From the IMG/VR virus record IMGVR_UViG_3300032116_000125, positions 1-64,000 of that record: 64,000 nucleotides of DNA. One strand, 5' to 3'. This stretch comes from a virus. The number at the start of each line of letters is the position of its first letter. Position 1 is the first letter of the stretch. The notes below the pieces were generated by a model, which was not told where the DNA came from, ran no database searches, and worked only from the letters and a program-made list of their open reading frames with translations. Made by a program: the position numbers and the translations under genes. This document shows, piece by piece, positions 8,434 through 18,371 of this stretch.

Positions 8434-9353
8434 TGGCTTTTTTTGATGTACCCAAGAGTACCGGACCTGATGACAAGACACCGGAACAGTTCATGGCTAA
8501 CACGGCTAGGCGGCTAGTTACCATGGGGATGCACTTGCCTAACCACGTTATTGAGTCAGGGCGCCAGTGGTACCCAGTCGTACATGAGGCGGCGAAAAAG
8601 ACGGTGGGCATGGATACCGCGGAGGGTCGTCGCATTAAAGACATCAGTACTGCGGGGGGCATTATTGCGGCAGTGTCCCCTAATCTGGACTTTGACTCCC
8701 GAAACATTCACGCTGTAACTGAATTGGCAGGTTTGGAGTCTTCTGACTGGGACATGATCCGCCGCAGTGCTACCGCTAAGCAGGCTGACGGTAAAACACA
8801 GGCACCGCGTAATCCTGAAGTGACCGCAATGCTTCGGGAAAAAGCCCCATCTTTGGTTAGTTCTTACGATACCGGGTTGGTTAAGGCGCACAGATTGCTT
8901 AGTGGCGATCAACTCCGAGATGTCCTACCGCGGGCATCGGCACCAAAAACCTCGCATTTTGCCGATAACATTATTAATCCATTTGAAGATACCGGAGTCA
9001 CGGTGGATTATCGCCACCACGACATTGTTGCGAATCAGATGATATCTCCAAAAGTCTCTCGTGGCATCAGCACCGCAGATTTGAAGACTGCGGGGCGGCG
9101 TACTCGGTATGAGGACATTGAACATATAACACGGCTGGCTTCCACTCTTGCCGGTAAGCGTGACGAGCGCTTCCGCGGCATCTTGCCCCATGACATGCAG
9201 GCCATTCTATGGATGGGTGGCAAGCATATTGAGACGCAAGGCGGAGCCCGCAGAGTCGGTCCCGCAAGAAAAGGTCAACCGTATACTACGGAGACTGGTG
9301 CGCCGCTACCCCGAGACGCTCACTTCTGGGTTGGTACCGCGGATCACTTGTAA
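8433..9353 (+). CDS. phage protein with HhH-GPD/DNA-glycosylase-like motifs (DUF7178-like)
   Basis: GRQWY, IIAAVSP, PKTSHF..NI, VTVDYRH, MQAILW. Confidence 0.45.
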   Translation: MAFFDVPKSTGPDDKTPEQFMANTARRLVTMGMHLPNHVIESGRQWYPVVHEAAKKTVGMDTAEGRRIKDISTAGGIIAAVSPNLDFDSRNIHAVTELAGLESSDWDMIRRSATAKQADGKTQAPRNPEVTAMLREKAPSLVSSYDTGLVKAHRLLSGDQLRDVLPRASAPKTSHFADNIINPFEDTGVTVDYRHHDIVANQMISPKVSRGISTADLKTAGRRTRYEDIEHITRLASTLAGKRDERFRGILPHDMQAILWMGGKHIETQGGARRVGPARKGQPYTTETGAPLPRDAHFWVGTADHL

Positions 9354-9499
9354 TCTTGAAGAACGTCCCAAGCGTCTTCAAGTAACAGCATTGTTTCTTG
9401 GATATTATCCATAGTTATTGAACATGTGTAACTTTCTAGCGCTTTAAATACAACTTCAAAATCATCTCTTGTAAGGGTCACATACTGTCCGTCAGTCAT
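9344..9499 (-). CDS. small acidic hypothetical protein
   Basis: 51-aa ORF MTDGQYVTLTRDDF...; lone antisense gene. Confidence 0.45.
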   Translation of the reverse strand: MTDGQYVTLTRDDFEVVFKALESYTCSITMDNIQETMLLLEDAWDVLQDYK

Positions 9500-9595
9500 G
9501 GTACAAACATTATCAGAACCTTGAATTGAGATAACAATCTCGGCGTCTTTGGCCCTCTGATAACCTCTCCTTCCCAACGACATAAGGAGAGAACA

Positions 9596-9754
9596 GTGCA
9601 CCCCGGAGATGCGGAACTGCTTGAAACATACTTGACAAGAATCGCCCCCAGAGGCTATCAAGAAGAGCAGGAAGTGCTACGGTTACTGTCGGTGCTTAAG
9701 GGCATCCAGAAGTCGTCATACCATAAGGAGCAGAAAGTTGAGCGAGTTAAGTAA
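9596..9754 (+). CDS. small hypothetical protein (not in ORF track)
   Basis: AAGGAGAG RBS, GTG start, 52 aa MHPGDAELLETYL...ERVK, overlaps next gene. Confidence 0.6.
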   Translation: MHPGDAELLETYLTRIAPRGYQEEQEVLRLLSVLKGIQKSSYHKEQKVERVK

Positions 9755-10007
9755 GGAGTTACTCTCGCGTACGCCCGTGAACTGGGGTTGCGGTATTGCA
9801 ACTTTGCGCGAAACCCTAAACGACGAAGACAGGAACACCCTTGATTTGTCGCTTGACCGTATCAAGGCAGACACCGGTCAGGGTCGTTCTAAGGTGTACT
9901 CTTCATCATGGCTTGAAAAAGTCCTTAAAAACCACGGACACTCAATCAGCAGAAGCACGATTGAACGACACATAAGAGGGAAGTGCAGTTGTGGCAAGTC
10001 TCAGTGA
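9738..10007 (+). CDS. small HTH-like protein with C-terminal Cys cluster
   Basis: TAAGGAG RBS, TTG start; LKNHGHSISRSTIERHIRGKCSC. Confidence 0.6.
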   Translation: MSELSKELLSRTPVNWGCGIATLRETLNDEDRNTLDLSLDRIKADTGQGRSKVYSSSWLEKVLKNHGHSISRSTIERHIRGKCSCGKSQ

Positions 10008-11130
10008 CGATCTCAACACCCCGCCGTCAAAGGTAACCCTCGGCAAGATTGCCGACCTCCTTCAGCGCAATAACATTGACGTTGACGAGGTTGGTTCAAT
10101 CAAGCGGGTGTCTCTGTACCAGAGCATGATCAAGAACGACGTTGGTCAGGCCGAGGTGCACGACCTCATGGGCATCCAGTTCAACCCCAAGTGGGCAGAC
10201 GGACCCGAGTGGCCGGTGGTCCAACCCGGCCCCGCAATCAAGGTACCCATTCGTAAAGCCACCGCCAAGGACACCGAGGGCTATAAGACGGCGGTAATCC
10301 TTCCCGATATGCAGATCGGCTATTATCGGGGGCCCAACGGACTGGAGCCCACTCATGACGAAGAAGCGCTTGCCATTGCTCTGGCAATTACCCGAAAACT
10401 CAACCCCGATAGAGTCGTCATGGTCGGAGATAATCTGGATTTCCCCGAGTTTGGAAAGTACCGGTTATCTAGTGCCTACGCTCTCACAACCCAAGCCTCC
10501 ATTGACCGAGCCACAACGCTCTGCGCGGAAATCCGGGCGGCGGCGCCGAACGCAGAAATAGATTGGATTTCTGGTAACCATGAAGAACGCCTCAGTAATT
10601 TCCTTATTGACAACGCAAAAGCCTCGTTCGGCATTCGGAAAGGTAACACTCCAGATTCTTGGCCTGTTCTTAGCGTTCCTTATCTATGTCGTTTTGATGA
10701 TTACGGGATTAACTATGTGGCTGGTTATCCGGCTGGACAAGTCTGGATTAATCAAAGGCTTAAAGTCATTCATGGCAACAAAGTCCGGTCTAATGGTTCA
10801 ACCGCTCACGCCTACCTCAACGACAGCAAGGTCAGCGTCGTCTACGGGCACATTCACCGTAGGGAATGGTGCGAAAAGACCCGTCAGGATTGGGACGGTG
10901 CAAAGACCGTCATGGCGGCGTCACCGGGCACGTTAGCCCGCTGTGATGGGGCTGTGCCCAGCACCAAGGGCGGAATTGACTTGGACGGGCGCCCTTTGAC
11001 CATTGTTGAGGACTGGCAACAGGGCCTCGCGGTGGTGACGTATGAGGAAGGCGAAGGGCAGTTCTGGTATGAGCAGGTTCCGATTCACAATACGAGTGCC
11101 TTTTTCCGTGGTAAGGTTTACCAGCCGTAA
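9991..11130 (+). CDS. calcineurin-like metallophosphoesterase
   Basis: PDMQ, GDNLD, GNHE, IHG and GHIH motifs. Confidence 0.85.
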   Translation: MASLSDDLNTPPSKVTLGKIADLLQRNNIDVDEVGSIKRVSLYQSMIKNDVGQAEVHDLMGIQFNPKWADGPEWPVVQPGPAIKVPIRKATAKDTEGYKTAVILPDMQIGYYRGPNGLEPTHDEEALAIALAITRKLNPDRVVMVGDNLDFPEFGKYRLSSAYALTTQASIDRATTLCAEIRAAAPNAEIDWISGNHEERLSNFLIDNAKASFGIRKGNTPDSWPVLSVPYLCRFDDYGINYVAGYPAGQVWINQRLKVIHGNKVRSNGSTAHAYLNDSKVSVVYGHIHRREWCEKTRQDWDGAKTVMAASPGTLARCDGAVPSTKGGIDLDGRPLTIVEDWQQGLAVVTYEEGEGQFWYEQVPIHNTSAFFRGKVYQP

Positions 11131-11143
11131 CAAAGGGATTACC

Positions 11144-11425
11144 ATGTCAAAAAAGCACAAAATCAAGGCTGTCATGGTGGTTTGGGACGATGCGTTTGAC
11201 GGGCCCGGGGGGTGGGTGTACCCCGACAAATACCGACCCTTCATTGTTGACCCCCTTACTATTGGCTGGATGCTGAGCAACGATGACGATAAGTACCTCA
11301 CCCTGTACTCCTCGTATTATTACGATGAGGAGGGGGATTTAATATGCTCAAATCCTATGCATATTCCTCGTGGTATGATTAAGTCCATTACTCCCATTAA
11401 AACGAAGAAGATCGGGGGCCGGTAA
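11144..11425 (+). CDS. hypothetical protein
   Basis: VVWDDA..GW...IGW...IPRGMIKSI pattern, common in small phage proteins. Confidence 0.6.
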   Translation: MSKKHKIKAVMVVWDDAFDGPGGWVYPDKYRPFIVDPLTIGWMLSNDDDKYLTLYSSYYYDEEGDLICSNPMHIPRGMIKSITPIKTKKIGGR

Positions 11426-12051
11426 TGGCGCGACGCAAGGCACGGGGTAGTCGGGCAGGTCTCCGACGAGGGGAACTTTCTCAGGCTGAAATTGAAAAGA
11501 GCGGCCCCCAGCAACCCGGGGAAGGTTTTTCTATCCGTACCTCCGGTCGTGGCGCCGGTGGCCCCGCACGCAATGTGTTCTCTGTGGGGTACGCCCCGGA
11601 GGCTGGGCGTGGTGCTGAAGTCGCTGTAGACCCCCGCGAACCCGCGGCCGACCAGTTGCTGGCATTTAACCGTGCTAATGCTGACGTACTCGGTACCCCC
11701 GGTGCCAACATGATTCAGGGTGGCTGGCATGATCCTGATTCTGGTGTCGTTCAGCAAGACACCTCGGTGGCTTTGCCCCTGACTGCCTCCGGACTCGGAG
11801 CCGCTATGGCTATTGGTGCACAGAGCCGTCAGGAAGCCATTGGCATGCTCGGACCATCGGCTAAAGCCCCGTACATCAGGGATGTCAACATCCCGAAGCA
11901 CTTGCATCCAGACCAGTTCGTCTGGGAAGAGGGCACTTCTCCCCGCGTGGAAAAGGCGGGGGGAGTCGTGCGTATTACGCCAACCCGTGGTGAGATGATC
12001 GGCGTAGAAGCCGACATTCTTGCTGAGCAAATGGGTCTACCTAAGGACTAA
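11425..12051 (+). CDS. hypothetical protein
   Basis: TAATG coupling; immediately precedes portal. Confidence 0.6.
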   Translation: MARRKARGSRAGLRRGELSQAEIEKSGPQQPGEGFSIRTSGRGAGGPARNVFSVGYAPEAGRGAEVAVDPREPAADQLLAFNRANADVLGTPGANMIQGGWHDPDSGVVQQDTSVALPLTASGLGAAMAIGAQSRQEAIGMLGPSAKAPYIRDVNIPKHLHPDQFVWEEGTSPRVEKAGGVVRITPTRGEMIGVEADILAEQMGLPKD

Positions 12052-12057
12052 TACTTA

Positions 12058-13728
12058 ATGCCTGTTGATTTTTGGTCGCCATCCTATAGAGCCTCGTCCA
12101 GTGACCTGACGGTCGCCATCTCGCCCCTTGGGCTGGTGGAGTTGGCTGACGAAGAGTTTGAGGTCCATGGCCCCCGCCTGAATCGCTACTCGTCCTGCTG
12201 GGCGTGGTATTTGGGACACCACTGGTCGTACCGCCGTGAGATGGGCGAGCAGAACATCACCATGAACTACGTCCGTACCATGTCGGACTACATCACGAAC
12301 TTCTGTTTTGGTAAGGGCATCCAGTTCAAAGTGCCTGAGCAGAACGGCGCCATCATTCCCCATCTCCTCCATGAGGTCTGGGAAAACCATAACTCTAAGC
12401 ATTATGTGCTTTGGGAGATGGGTCAGTTGGCCGGTGTTACTGGCGATTGCTTTGTCAAGGTCGCTTACGAGGAGCCGTACGTTGACCCCGCTGGTATTGG
12501 TCATGCAGGCCGAGTTCGTATTATCCCCCTTAACCCCGCGCACTGCTTCCCTGAGTACCACCCCCATGACCGCGACCGTATCCTGCGTTTTAAACTGAAG
12601 TACCGCTTCTGGGGAACCAGCCCCGAGGGTACCCGGCAGGTCTATACCTTCACGGAAATCCTCACTGACGAGTCGGTAGAGCAATATATCAACGACGAGT
12701 TGATTGACCAGTACCCGAACGCCATTGGTCTTATCCCTATTGTCCACATTCCTAACATGACGATCTCGTCGTCGCCATGGGGTCAGTCGGACATCTGGGA
12801 CATCATCTCTCTGAACCGTGAGTTGAACGAAAAGATGACCGAGGTCTCGGACATCATCAACTACCACGCCGCCCCGGTGACCATCATTACCGGCGCTAAG
12901 GCCAGCCAGTTGGAGCGTGGCCCTAAGAAGGTCTGGGCCGGTCTACCCAAGGACGCCTCGGTGTACAACTTGGAGTCCCGTGGCGAGATGGCTGGCGCTC
13001 TGGAGTACATCCAGTTCATTAAGCGGGCTATGCACGAGATCACTGGTGTGCCTGAGACTGCATTGGGACAATTCCAACCCGTGTCTAACACCTCTGGCGT
13101 TGCCTTGGCCATCCAATACCAGCCCATGATGAATCGCTATAACCAGAAGAAGATTCACTTTACGAAGGGTCTGGAGAAGGTTAATGAGATCATCATCCGT
13201 ACATGCGCGGTATTTGAGCCTCAAATGCTCCAGTTTAATCCCGGGGTGGCGGCACCTCCCGAGCCCGATCAAGCGTTGGTTCTTGACCCCGCCGACCCCG
13301 TGGTTTACCAGACGCAAATCCACTGGCCGGAACCGCTTCCGGTGGATGTCCTTATCAAACTTAATGAAGTTCAGGCCAAGTTGTCGCTTGGCTTGGAGTC
13401 CAAGCGCGGTGCTCTCAAGATTCTTGGGGAAGAGTTCCCGAACGAGAAAATGCTTGAAATCTTTGAGGAATTGCGTGATGATGCTCTTGATCAGGGTGCG
13501 CTAGATATGTTGCGTGCTCAGATTCAGCAAGCCGTAATGCTAACTACAGGTATTATTCCCGGACAAGAGGGAGAAAGTAGTGTAGTATCTGCGGGAGGTG
13601 AAGCAGGTGGTGGTCCTCTCCCGGGAGTACCAGCCATCGGTGACGCCGAAGGACAGATGATTAACAACATAATCCAAAGGGCATACGGAGCAAGGTTCGC
13701 CCAGCGCCGTTTGCCAGACGAAGAATAA
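12058..13728 (+). CDS. portal protein (SPP1 gp6-like)
   Basis: 556 aa before scaffold/capsid; NYVRTMSD, GVTGDCFV, IPIVHIPN..WGQSD, SNTSGVAL. Confidence 0.9.
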   Translation: MPVDFWSPSYRASSSDLTVAISPLGLVELADEEFEVHGPRLNRYSSCWAWYLGHHWSYRREMGEQNITMNYVRTMSDYITNFCFGKGIQFKVPEQNGAIIPHLLHEVWENHNSKHYVLWEMGQLAGVTGDCFVKVAYEEPYVDPAGIGHAGRVRIIPLNPAHCFPEYHPHDRDRILRFKLKYRFWGTSPEGTRQVYTFTEILTDESVEQYINDELIDQYPNAIGLIPIVHIPNMTISSSPWGQSDIWDIISLNRELNEKMTEVSDIINYHAAPVTIITGAKASQLERGPKKVWAGLPKDASVYNLESRGEMAGALEYIQFIKRAMHEITGVPETALGQFQPVSNTSGVALAIQYQPMMNRYNQKKIHFTKGLEKVNEIIIRTCAVFEPQMLQFNPGVAAPPEPDQALVLDPADPVVYQTQIHWPEPLPVDVLIKLNEVQAKLSLGLESKRGALKILGEEFPNEKMLEIFEELRDDALDQGALDMLRAQIQQAVMLTTGIIPGQEGESSVVSAGGEAGGGPLPGVPAIGDAEGQMINNIIQRAYGARFAQRRLPDEE

Positions 13729-13781
13729 AACCGTTATCCCAAATCAGTCAGTAAAAGCCCAACAAGCAAGAGGTAAAAGAA

Positions 13782-14561
13782 ATGAATATTCAGGACGGTG
13801 ACGGGATCGTGATCCCGGTATCCAACGACACTCAGGAAACACCCACGGCTCGCCCGGAAGGTCGTGTTTTCACCGAATCCGAGGTTGAAGCAATTCGCCG
13901 TCAGGAGAAGGACAAACTGTATAAGCGTGTTGAAGACGCTGACGGTCGTGTCCGTACCCTTGAGGAGCAGTTGTCTGTCATCTCTCAGGAGCGCGAAGCG
14001 GCCCGCCAAGAGGCCGCAGAACGAGCCCGCGCCGAGGCGGAGATTCTCCGTCAGCGTGAAGCCGAGGAATTGAGCGCCAAGGAACTTCTCTCCAAGCGTG
14101 AGGACGAGTTCAACCAGCGCATCAATCAGGTGGAGCAGGAATGGCGGAGCAAGTTTGAAGAAATTGAGCGCCAGCGTCAGGCGCAGGAGGCCCTCCTTGA
14201 GAAGGAGCGGCGCATCCAGCAGATTGAGTCTTACCGCCAGCGTCGTATGGCGGAGGAGCAAGAGACTATTATCCCCGAACTTCGTGACCTTATTTCGGGA
14301 AATAGTGAAGAAGATATTGATAATAGTATTGCTGTACTCCGTGAGCGCAGTAATGCTATAATTGAATCAATCCAACAGGCGACTTCCCAAAGCCGTCTGC
14401 GGGGACCGCAGGTAACTGCGCCCCCGACTGGGCCAATGGAAAACCAATCGGAATACCAGACGCTGTCGGCGGATGACATCCGCCAAATGCCGATGGATCA
14501 GTACATGAAAATGCGTGAACGGCTCATGCAAGCGGCTCGGTCCCCCCGAGGGCGCTTCTAA
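13782..14561 (+). CDS. capsid scaffolding protein
   Basis: long E/R/Q-rich coiled coil between portal and capsid; C-terminal helix MPMDQYMKMRERL. Confidence 0.8.
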   Translation: MNIQDGDGIVIPVSNDTQETPTARPEGRVFTESEVEAIRRQEKDKLYKRVEDADGRVRTLEEQLSVISQEREAARQEAAERARAEAEILRQREAEELSAKELLSKREDEFNQRINQVEQEWRSKFEEIERQRQAQEALLEKERRIQQIESYRQRRMAEEQETIIPELRDLISGNSEEDIDNSIAVLRERSNAIIESIQQATSQSRLRGPQVTAPPTGPMENQSEYQTLSADDIRQMPMDQYMKMRERLMQAARSPRGRF

Positions 14562-14599
14562 CCAAAACCCAACAACAACCTATCCCGGAGGATATTCAA

Positions 14600-15709
14600 A
14601 TGGCCCTTCCCGCCCCTGTAGGGGGTGCGATCACCGGAGCAGGTCTTGGTTCCATCACCACGACCGGCTACTCCAGCGACGCGACCCTCTCGCCCGCAAT
14701 CCAGCAAATCTGGTCCAAGGAGATTCTGTTTCAGGCGATGCCCGTGCTTCGCTTTGAGCAGTTCGCCGTGAAGAAGACCGAACTCGGCGTCATGCCCGGT
14801 CTGACCATCAACTTCATGCGCTACAACAACCTCAGCGTCAACGAGGACTCGGGTGCGACCCTTACCGAAGGTGTTCGCATGGAGCCCACCTCGCTGTCGG
14901 CTAGCCAGATTCAGATCACCGTGTCTGAGCATGGTCAGGCTGTTGCCGTGACTGAACTCCTGCTCAATGCGTCGTTTGACGACGTCATGGCCTCGTCGTC
15001 GCGCCTCCTCGGCCGTCACATGGCTCAGAGCATGGACATTCAGGCTCGTAACACCCTGTACAAGGCTGGCGTGCCGTTCGGCGGCGGGTCGGCTGTGGCT
15101 CCGAGCGTCGTGTTCGGTCGCACCGCGGCCTCGGCTCGTGGCGCCATCAGCCCCTACGATGCCGGTACCCTCGGCACCGCCTCGGCCCCCGGCTACCTCA
15201 GCCCGGCTTCCATCAAGGACGCCGTGGAGGTGCTCGCTGGTCAGAACATCCCGCGTCTGGGCGACACCTATGTGTGCTTCGTTCACCCGTCGCAGAGCCG
15301 CTCGCTCCGTGACTGGCCGGAGTTCATTGAAGTCACGAAGTACGCCGCCCCCGGCAACTTCATGCTCGGTGAAATCGGCCGTCTGTACGATGTGGTGTTC
15401 ATTGAGACCACGCAGGTCAAGAAGGGCTTGGACGCCACCGCGGCTTCCTCGTCTCTGTACGACCTCGGCGCGACCCTTGACTCGGCTTCGGCCGCTGGCT
15501 TCCAAGAGAACGCTGACGCCTACAACGCCATCATGATCGGTGACAACGCCTTCGGTCACGCCATCGCCCTCCCGGTTGAACTCCGCGACGGTGGTGTCAT
15601 TGACTTCGGTCGTGAGCACGGTCTGGCGTGGTACGCGATCTGGGGCTTCGGAGTCATCACTCACGAGAGCCGCGTGATCCTCAACACCCTCGGTGGTGCG
15701 ATTTCCTGA
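14600..15709 (+). CDS. major capsid protein (N4-gp56-like, HK97 fold)
   Basis: QIWSKEILFQA, PGLTINF, YVCFVHP, GEIGRLYDVVFIET; strong codon bias. Confidence 0.9.
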   Translation: MALPAPVGGAITGAGLGSITTTGYSSDATLSPAIQQIWSKEILFQAMPVLRFEQFAVKKTELGVMPGLTINFMRYNNLSVNEDSGATLTEGVRMEPTSLSASQIQITVSEHGQAVAVTELLLNASFDDVMASSSRLLGRHMAQSMDIQARNTLYKAGVPFGGGSAVAPSVVFGRTAASARGAISPYDAGTLGTASAPGYLSPASIKDAVEVLAGQNIPRLGDTYVCFVHPSQSRSLRDWPEFIEVTKYAAPGNFMLGEIGRLYDVVFIETTQVKKGLDATAASSSLYDLGATLDSASAAGFQENADAYNAIMIGDNAFGHAIALPVELRDGGVIDFGREHGLAWYAIWGFGVITHESRVILNTLGGAIS

Positions 15710-15730
15710 ACTTAGGTTCAGATGAGATGT

Positions 15731-15761
15731 CGGCGGTGGGGGCCTATGGCCCTCACCGCTG
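15731..15761 (+). terminator. 14-bp hairpin after capsid gene (terminator/mRNA stabiliser)
   Basis: CGGCGGTGGGGGCC-tat-GGCCCTCACCGCTG with two G-U pairs; weak U-tract. Confidence 0.55.
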
Positions 15762-15795
15762 ATAATCTAAATACCAAACAACAAGGAGAAGAAGA

Positions 15796-16059
15796 ATGGC
15801 AACCAGTAAAAACAACCCGGCTTTTGCCGAACTTGACGACACCGCCGATGTGGTGGAAGTCATTGAAGAGACCCCCGTGGTCTCTGCCCCCAAGTCTGCC
15901 CCGGCGCAGGACAACCTCGTCACGGCCCGTGTTAAGGGAACGTGGAAGATGTTCTGGGGCCGTGCAACTTACGATTTTGAAGATGGTAAGCGTTACCGCA
16001 TCCCCCGCGATCTGTACGACTACCTCGTGCGACATTCAAACATTTACGACACCGTCTGA
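15796..16059 (+). CDS. hypothetical head-associated protein
   Basis: AAGGAG RBS; follows capsid gene. Confidence 0.6.
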   Translation: MATSKNNPAFAELDDTADVVEVIEETPVVSAPKSAPAQDNLVTARVKGTWKMFWGRATYDFEDGKRYRIPRDLYDYLVRHSNIYDTV

Positions 16060-16067
16060 GGTAACTA

Positions 16068-17396
16068 ATGGCTTTTATCGTCCCCAATGCGACTGCGACG
16101 GGAGCAAGCAAGAAGTTCATCAGCATCAACCAAGCCGAACCCGACTCGGTTGATCTGGAGTCTCTTGGCAACACCCGTAACTTTATTCGCAGTGGTGGGG
16201 CGGTAACTGTCTCTGGAACTAACAGCGTCGCCGTTTCCGCTGGTGTGGCGGTAATTCAAGGAGTTCCTTACTCCTTCAACTCCTTTACGACGACCGCGAC
16301 CCTCCCGGCGTCTAACTCCCGGTTTGACCTTTTGGTTGTGCGCCTGACGGGGTCTACCGCCGCCGTAACCAACATCACAGGTACTGCCGATCCGATAAAC
16401 CCGACCCTGCCTCCCAGTTCCTCGGTGCTGGAGACCGGTTCTACGGTGACGGAATACTACAACCCCAACACTGACGCCGTTCTTGCGTCCGTCTACCTCG
16501 TGGCGTCTACGAACCTAGACACCTCTTCAAACTACGCAAATCTTGTAGATAAGCGTATTTTGAGCGCCGAGCCCCTGACGTACACTTCGGCTAGCGCCCC
16601 GACACACAGTGCGAAGGATGTAGTGGGTGACACTGTCGTCTATAACGGCGCTACCTATATCAAGACCGCCGCGAGCACATGGGCCCAGATCGCTACCACC
16701 GTGGACACAGCGGCTGTAGCACTGCCGGTGGGCTCCATATTTGCGTTTGCTGGTACTCATAACACCTCTGCCTCGCCCAACTCGTCTTATTACATGGAGT
16801 GCGACGGCCGGTCACTGTCCACTACTACCTACGCTGGTCTGCATTCTGTAATTGGCTACTCGTTCGGTGGTTCTGGTGGAGCCTTCAATATCCCTAATTT
16901 GACCGGCGACACCGCCGTAGTGGGAGCGTCTCCGGCTGAGATGACCTCTACCAAGGTTGCAAGCACCTCTAATACCGCAACGCTTGCAGTTGCAAATATG
17001 CCCGCGCACAACCACGGAAATGTCACTGTTGACTTTGGTACGAAGTCTGGTACTGGTACTTACGATAACCACAGCCATTACATATTTGATGGAGGCAATA
17101 ACCCCAACCTTAGTTTTGTACGGCGCAAGGGTGGCGGATACCCCGGTACGGGCCCAATCTATGTAATCCCCTATGACAGCAATGGAGATGGTATTGCTGA
17201 CGGCCTCTCCGCTGTAAACGGCGGAATGGTTGTTGATGAAGTGGTCAGCACCTCTGGTATTGCTACCTACCGTGGCGTTACCGTAAGCGTACCAGTCGGG
17301 TCGGCTTCCGGGGCCGTACCGTCTCAAGGAAGCGGGACTTCCTTCAGCATTCTGCCGAAAAGCCTGCGTGTTCGTTGGTTTATCCGTTACGCATGA
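16068..17396 (+). CDS. fibre protein with phage tail-collar domain
   Basis: LPVGSIFAFAG...ECDGRSLSTTTYAGLHSVIGYSFGG..FNIPNL; MPAHNH; S/T-rich. Confidence 0.75.
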   Translation: MAFIVPNATATGASKKFISINQAEPDSVDLESLGNTRNFIRSGGAVTVSGTNSVAVSAGVAVIQGVPYSFNSFTTTATLPASNSRFDLLVVRLTGSTAAVTNITGTADPINPTLPPSSSVLETGSTVTEYYNPNTDAVLASVYLVASTNLDTSSNYANLVDKRILSAEPLTYTSASAPTHSAKDVVGDTVVYNGATYIKTAASTWAQIATTVDTAAVALPVGSIFAFAGTHNTSASPNSSYYMECDGRSLSTTTYAGLHSVIGYSFGGSGGAFNIPNLTGDTAVVGASPAEMTSTKVASTSNTATLAVANMPAHNHGNVTVDFGTKSGTGTYDNHSHYIFDGGNNPNLSFVRRKGGGYPGTGPIYVIPYDSNGDGIADGLSAVNGGMVVDEVVSTSGIATYRGVTVSVPVGSASGAVPSQGSGTSFSILPKSLRVRWFIRYA

Positions 17397-17548
17397 GCGA
17401 CACCCCGATTGAACCCATTGAGGACGGGACCTCAGAGCAGATCATCTTGAAGCGCGGTTTTATGGTGCACCGCCTTCGGGAAACTCAGCCTGCTGTAAAT
17501 CAGCCCGCTCAGGACTCTATTCCCGGAGCAGGCTCGGGCGATCAGTAG
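17393..17548 (+). CDS. small hypothetical protein (not in ORF track)
   Basis: ATGA overlap; 51 aa MSDTPIEPIEDG... Confidence 0.5.
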   Translation: MSDTPIEPIEDGTSEQIILKRGFMVHRLRETQPAVNQPAQDSIPGAGSGDQ

Positions 17549-17562
17549 TAATATAGAGATTC

Positions 17563-18366
17563 ATGGCGACAATCTCCGATATTTCTAAAATCGCAAGAAA
17601 CTACTTACGAGACTTCCCCAAGTTCTTTCAAGTATCTTTTCCTGTTGTTGGACGTACCTACGAACTAGGCCACATCAACATTGACCCAAGTACCGTGTGG
17701 GTGGCCGTAGTCGGTGGCCCCGGAACGGCGGCGTCCACTTTGACGACTGCGGATTACGCATTGGACTCGCGCAACGGCATCCTACGCTTGGCTACAACGG
17801 CCTCGTCATCGCTGACGATACTGGTTGAGGGTTACTACTACGAGTGGGTTACCCCCGATGACCTTGACTTTTACACGCAGAAGGCAGTTGCTAAGCACCT
17901 CGTAAACATGAATCTGGCAATTGAGGAACTAGCCGATGTGGTGGTAAACGCCATTGGTATTGCGGCGATCACAGAGTGCCTCTGGGCGCTTATGACAGAG
18001 TTCAGCCGAGACATTGATGTGATGACCTCGGAGTCCATCCATATCCCTGCCAGCCAGCGCTTTCGTATGGTGCAGTCCCTGCTGGCGCAATGGGAAGAGG
18101 AGTACAAGAAGCACGCCACGGCCCTCAACATCGGCTTGGACCGCATGGAAGTCTTTACCCTGCGCCGTACCTCTCGTACTACCAACTACCTCATCCCACT
18201 GTACCGGCCCCGAGAACTTGGCGACTACAGCCCGCCCGAGCGCCTGTGGCCCACTATTGACCCGGGTGTCATTGAGAAGGAAACCAAGGAAGAAGACCTG
18301 CGTACGGATGTTCTCATAGACGGCGCTATCCCCACCGGCTCGTTCTCCAACATCGCGTACTACTGA
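17563..18366 (+). CDS. putative head-tail adaptor/neck protein
   Basis: position between head and tail genes. Confidence 0.55.
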   Translation: MATISDISKIARNYLRDFPKFFQVSFPVVGRTYELGHINIDPSTVWVAVVGGPGTAASTLTTADYALDSRNGILRLATTASSSLTILVEGYYYEWVTPDDLDFYTQKAVAKHLVNMNLAIEELADVVVNAIGIAAITECLWALMTEFSRDIDVMTSESIHIPASQRFRMVQSLLAQWEEEYKKHATALNIGLDRMEVFTLRRTSRTTNYLIPLYRPRELGDYSPPERLWPTIDPGVIEKETKEEDLRTDVLIDGAIPTGSFSNIAYY

Positions 18367-18371
18367 TAGCC

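Noticed and set aside
14558-15664. 368-aa antisense ORF opposite the capsid gene (and similar shadow ORFs opposite portal, recA, tube)
   Set aside because: Expected by-product of strong GC3 codon bias; no RBS or recognisable motifs
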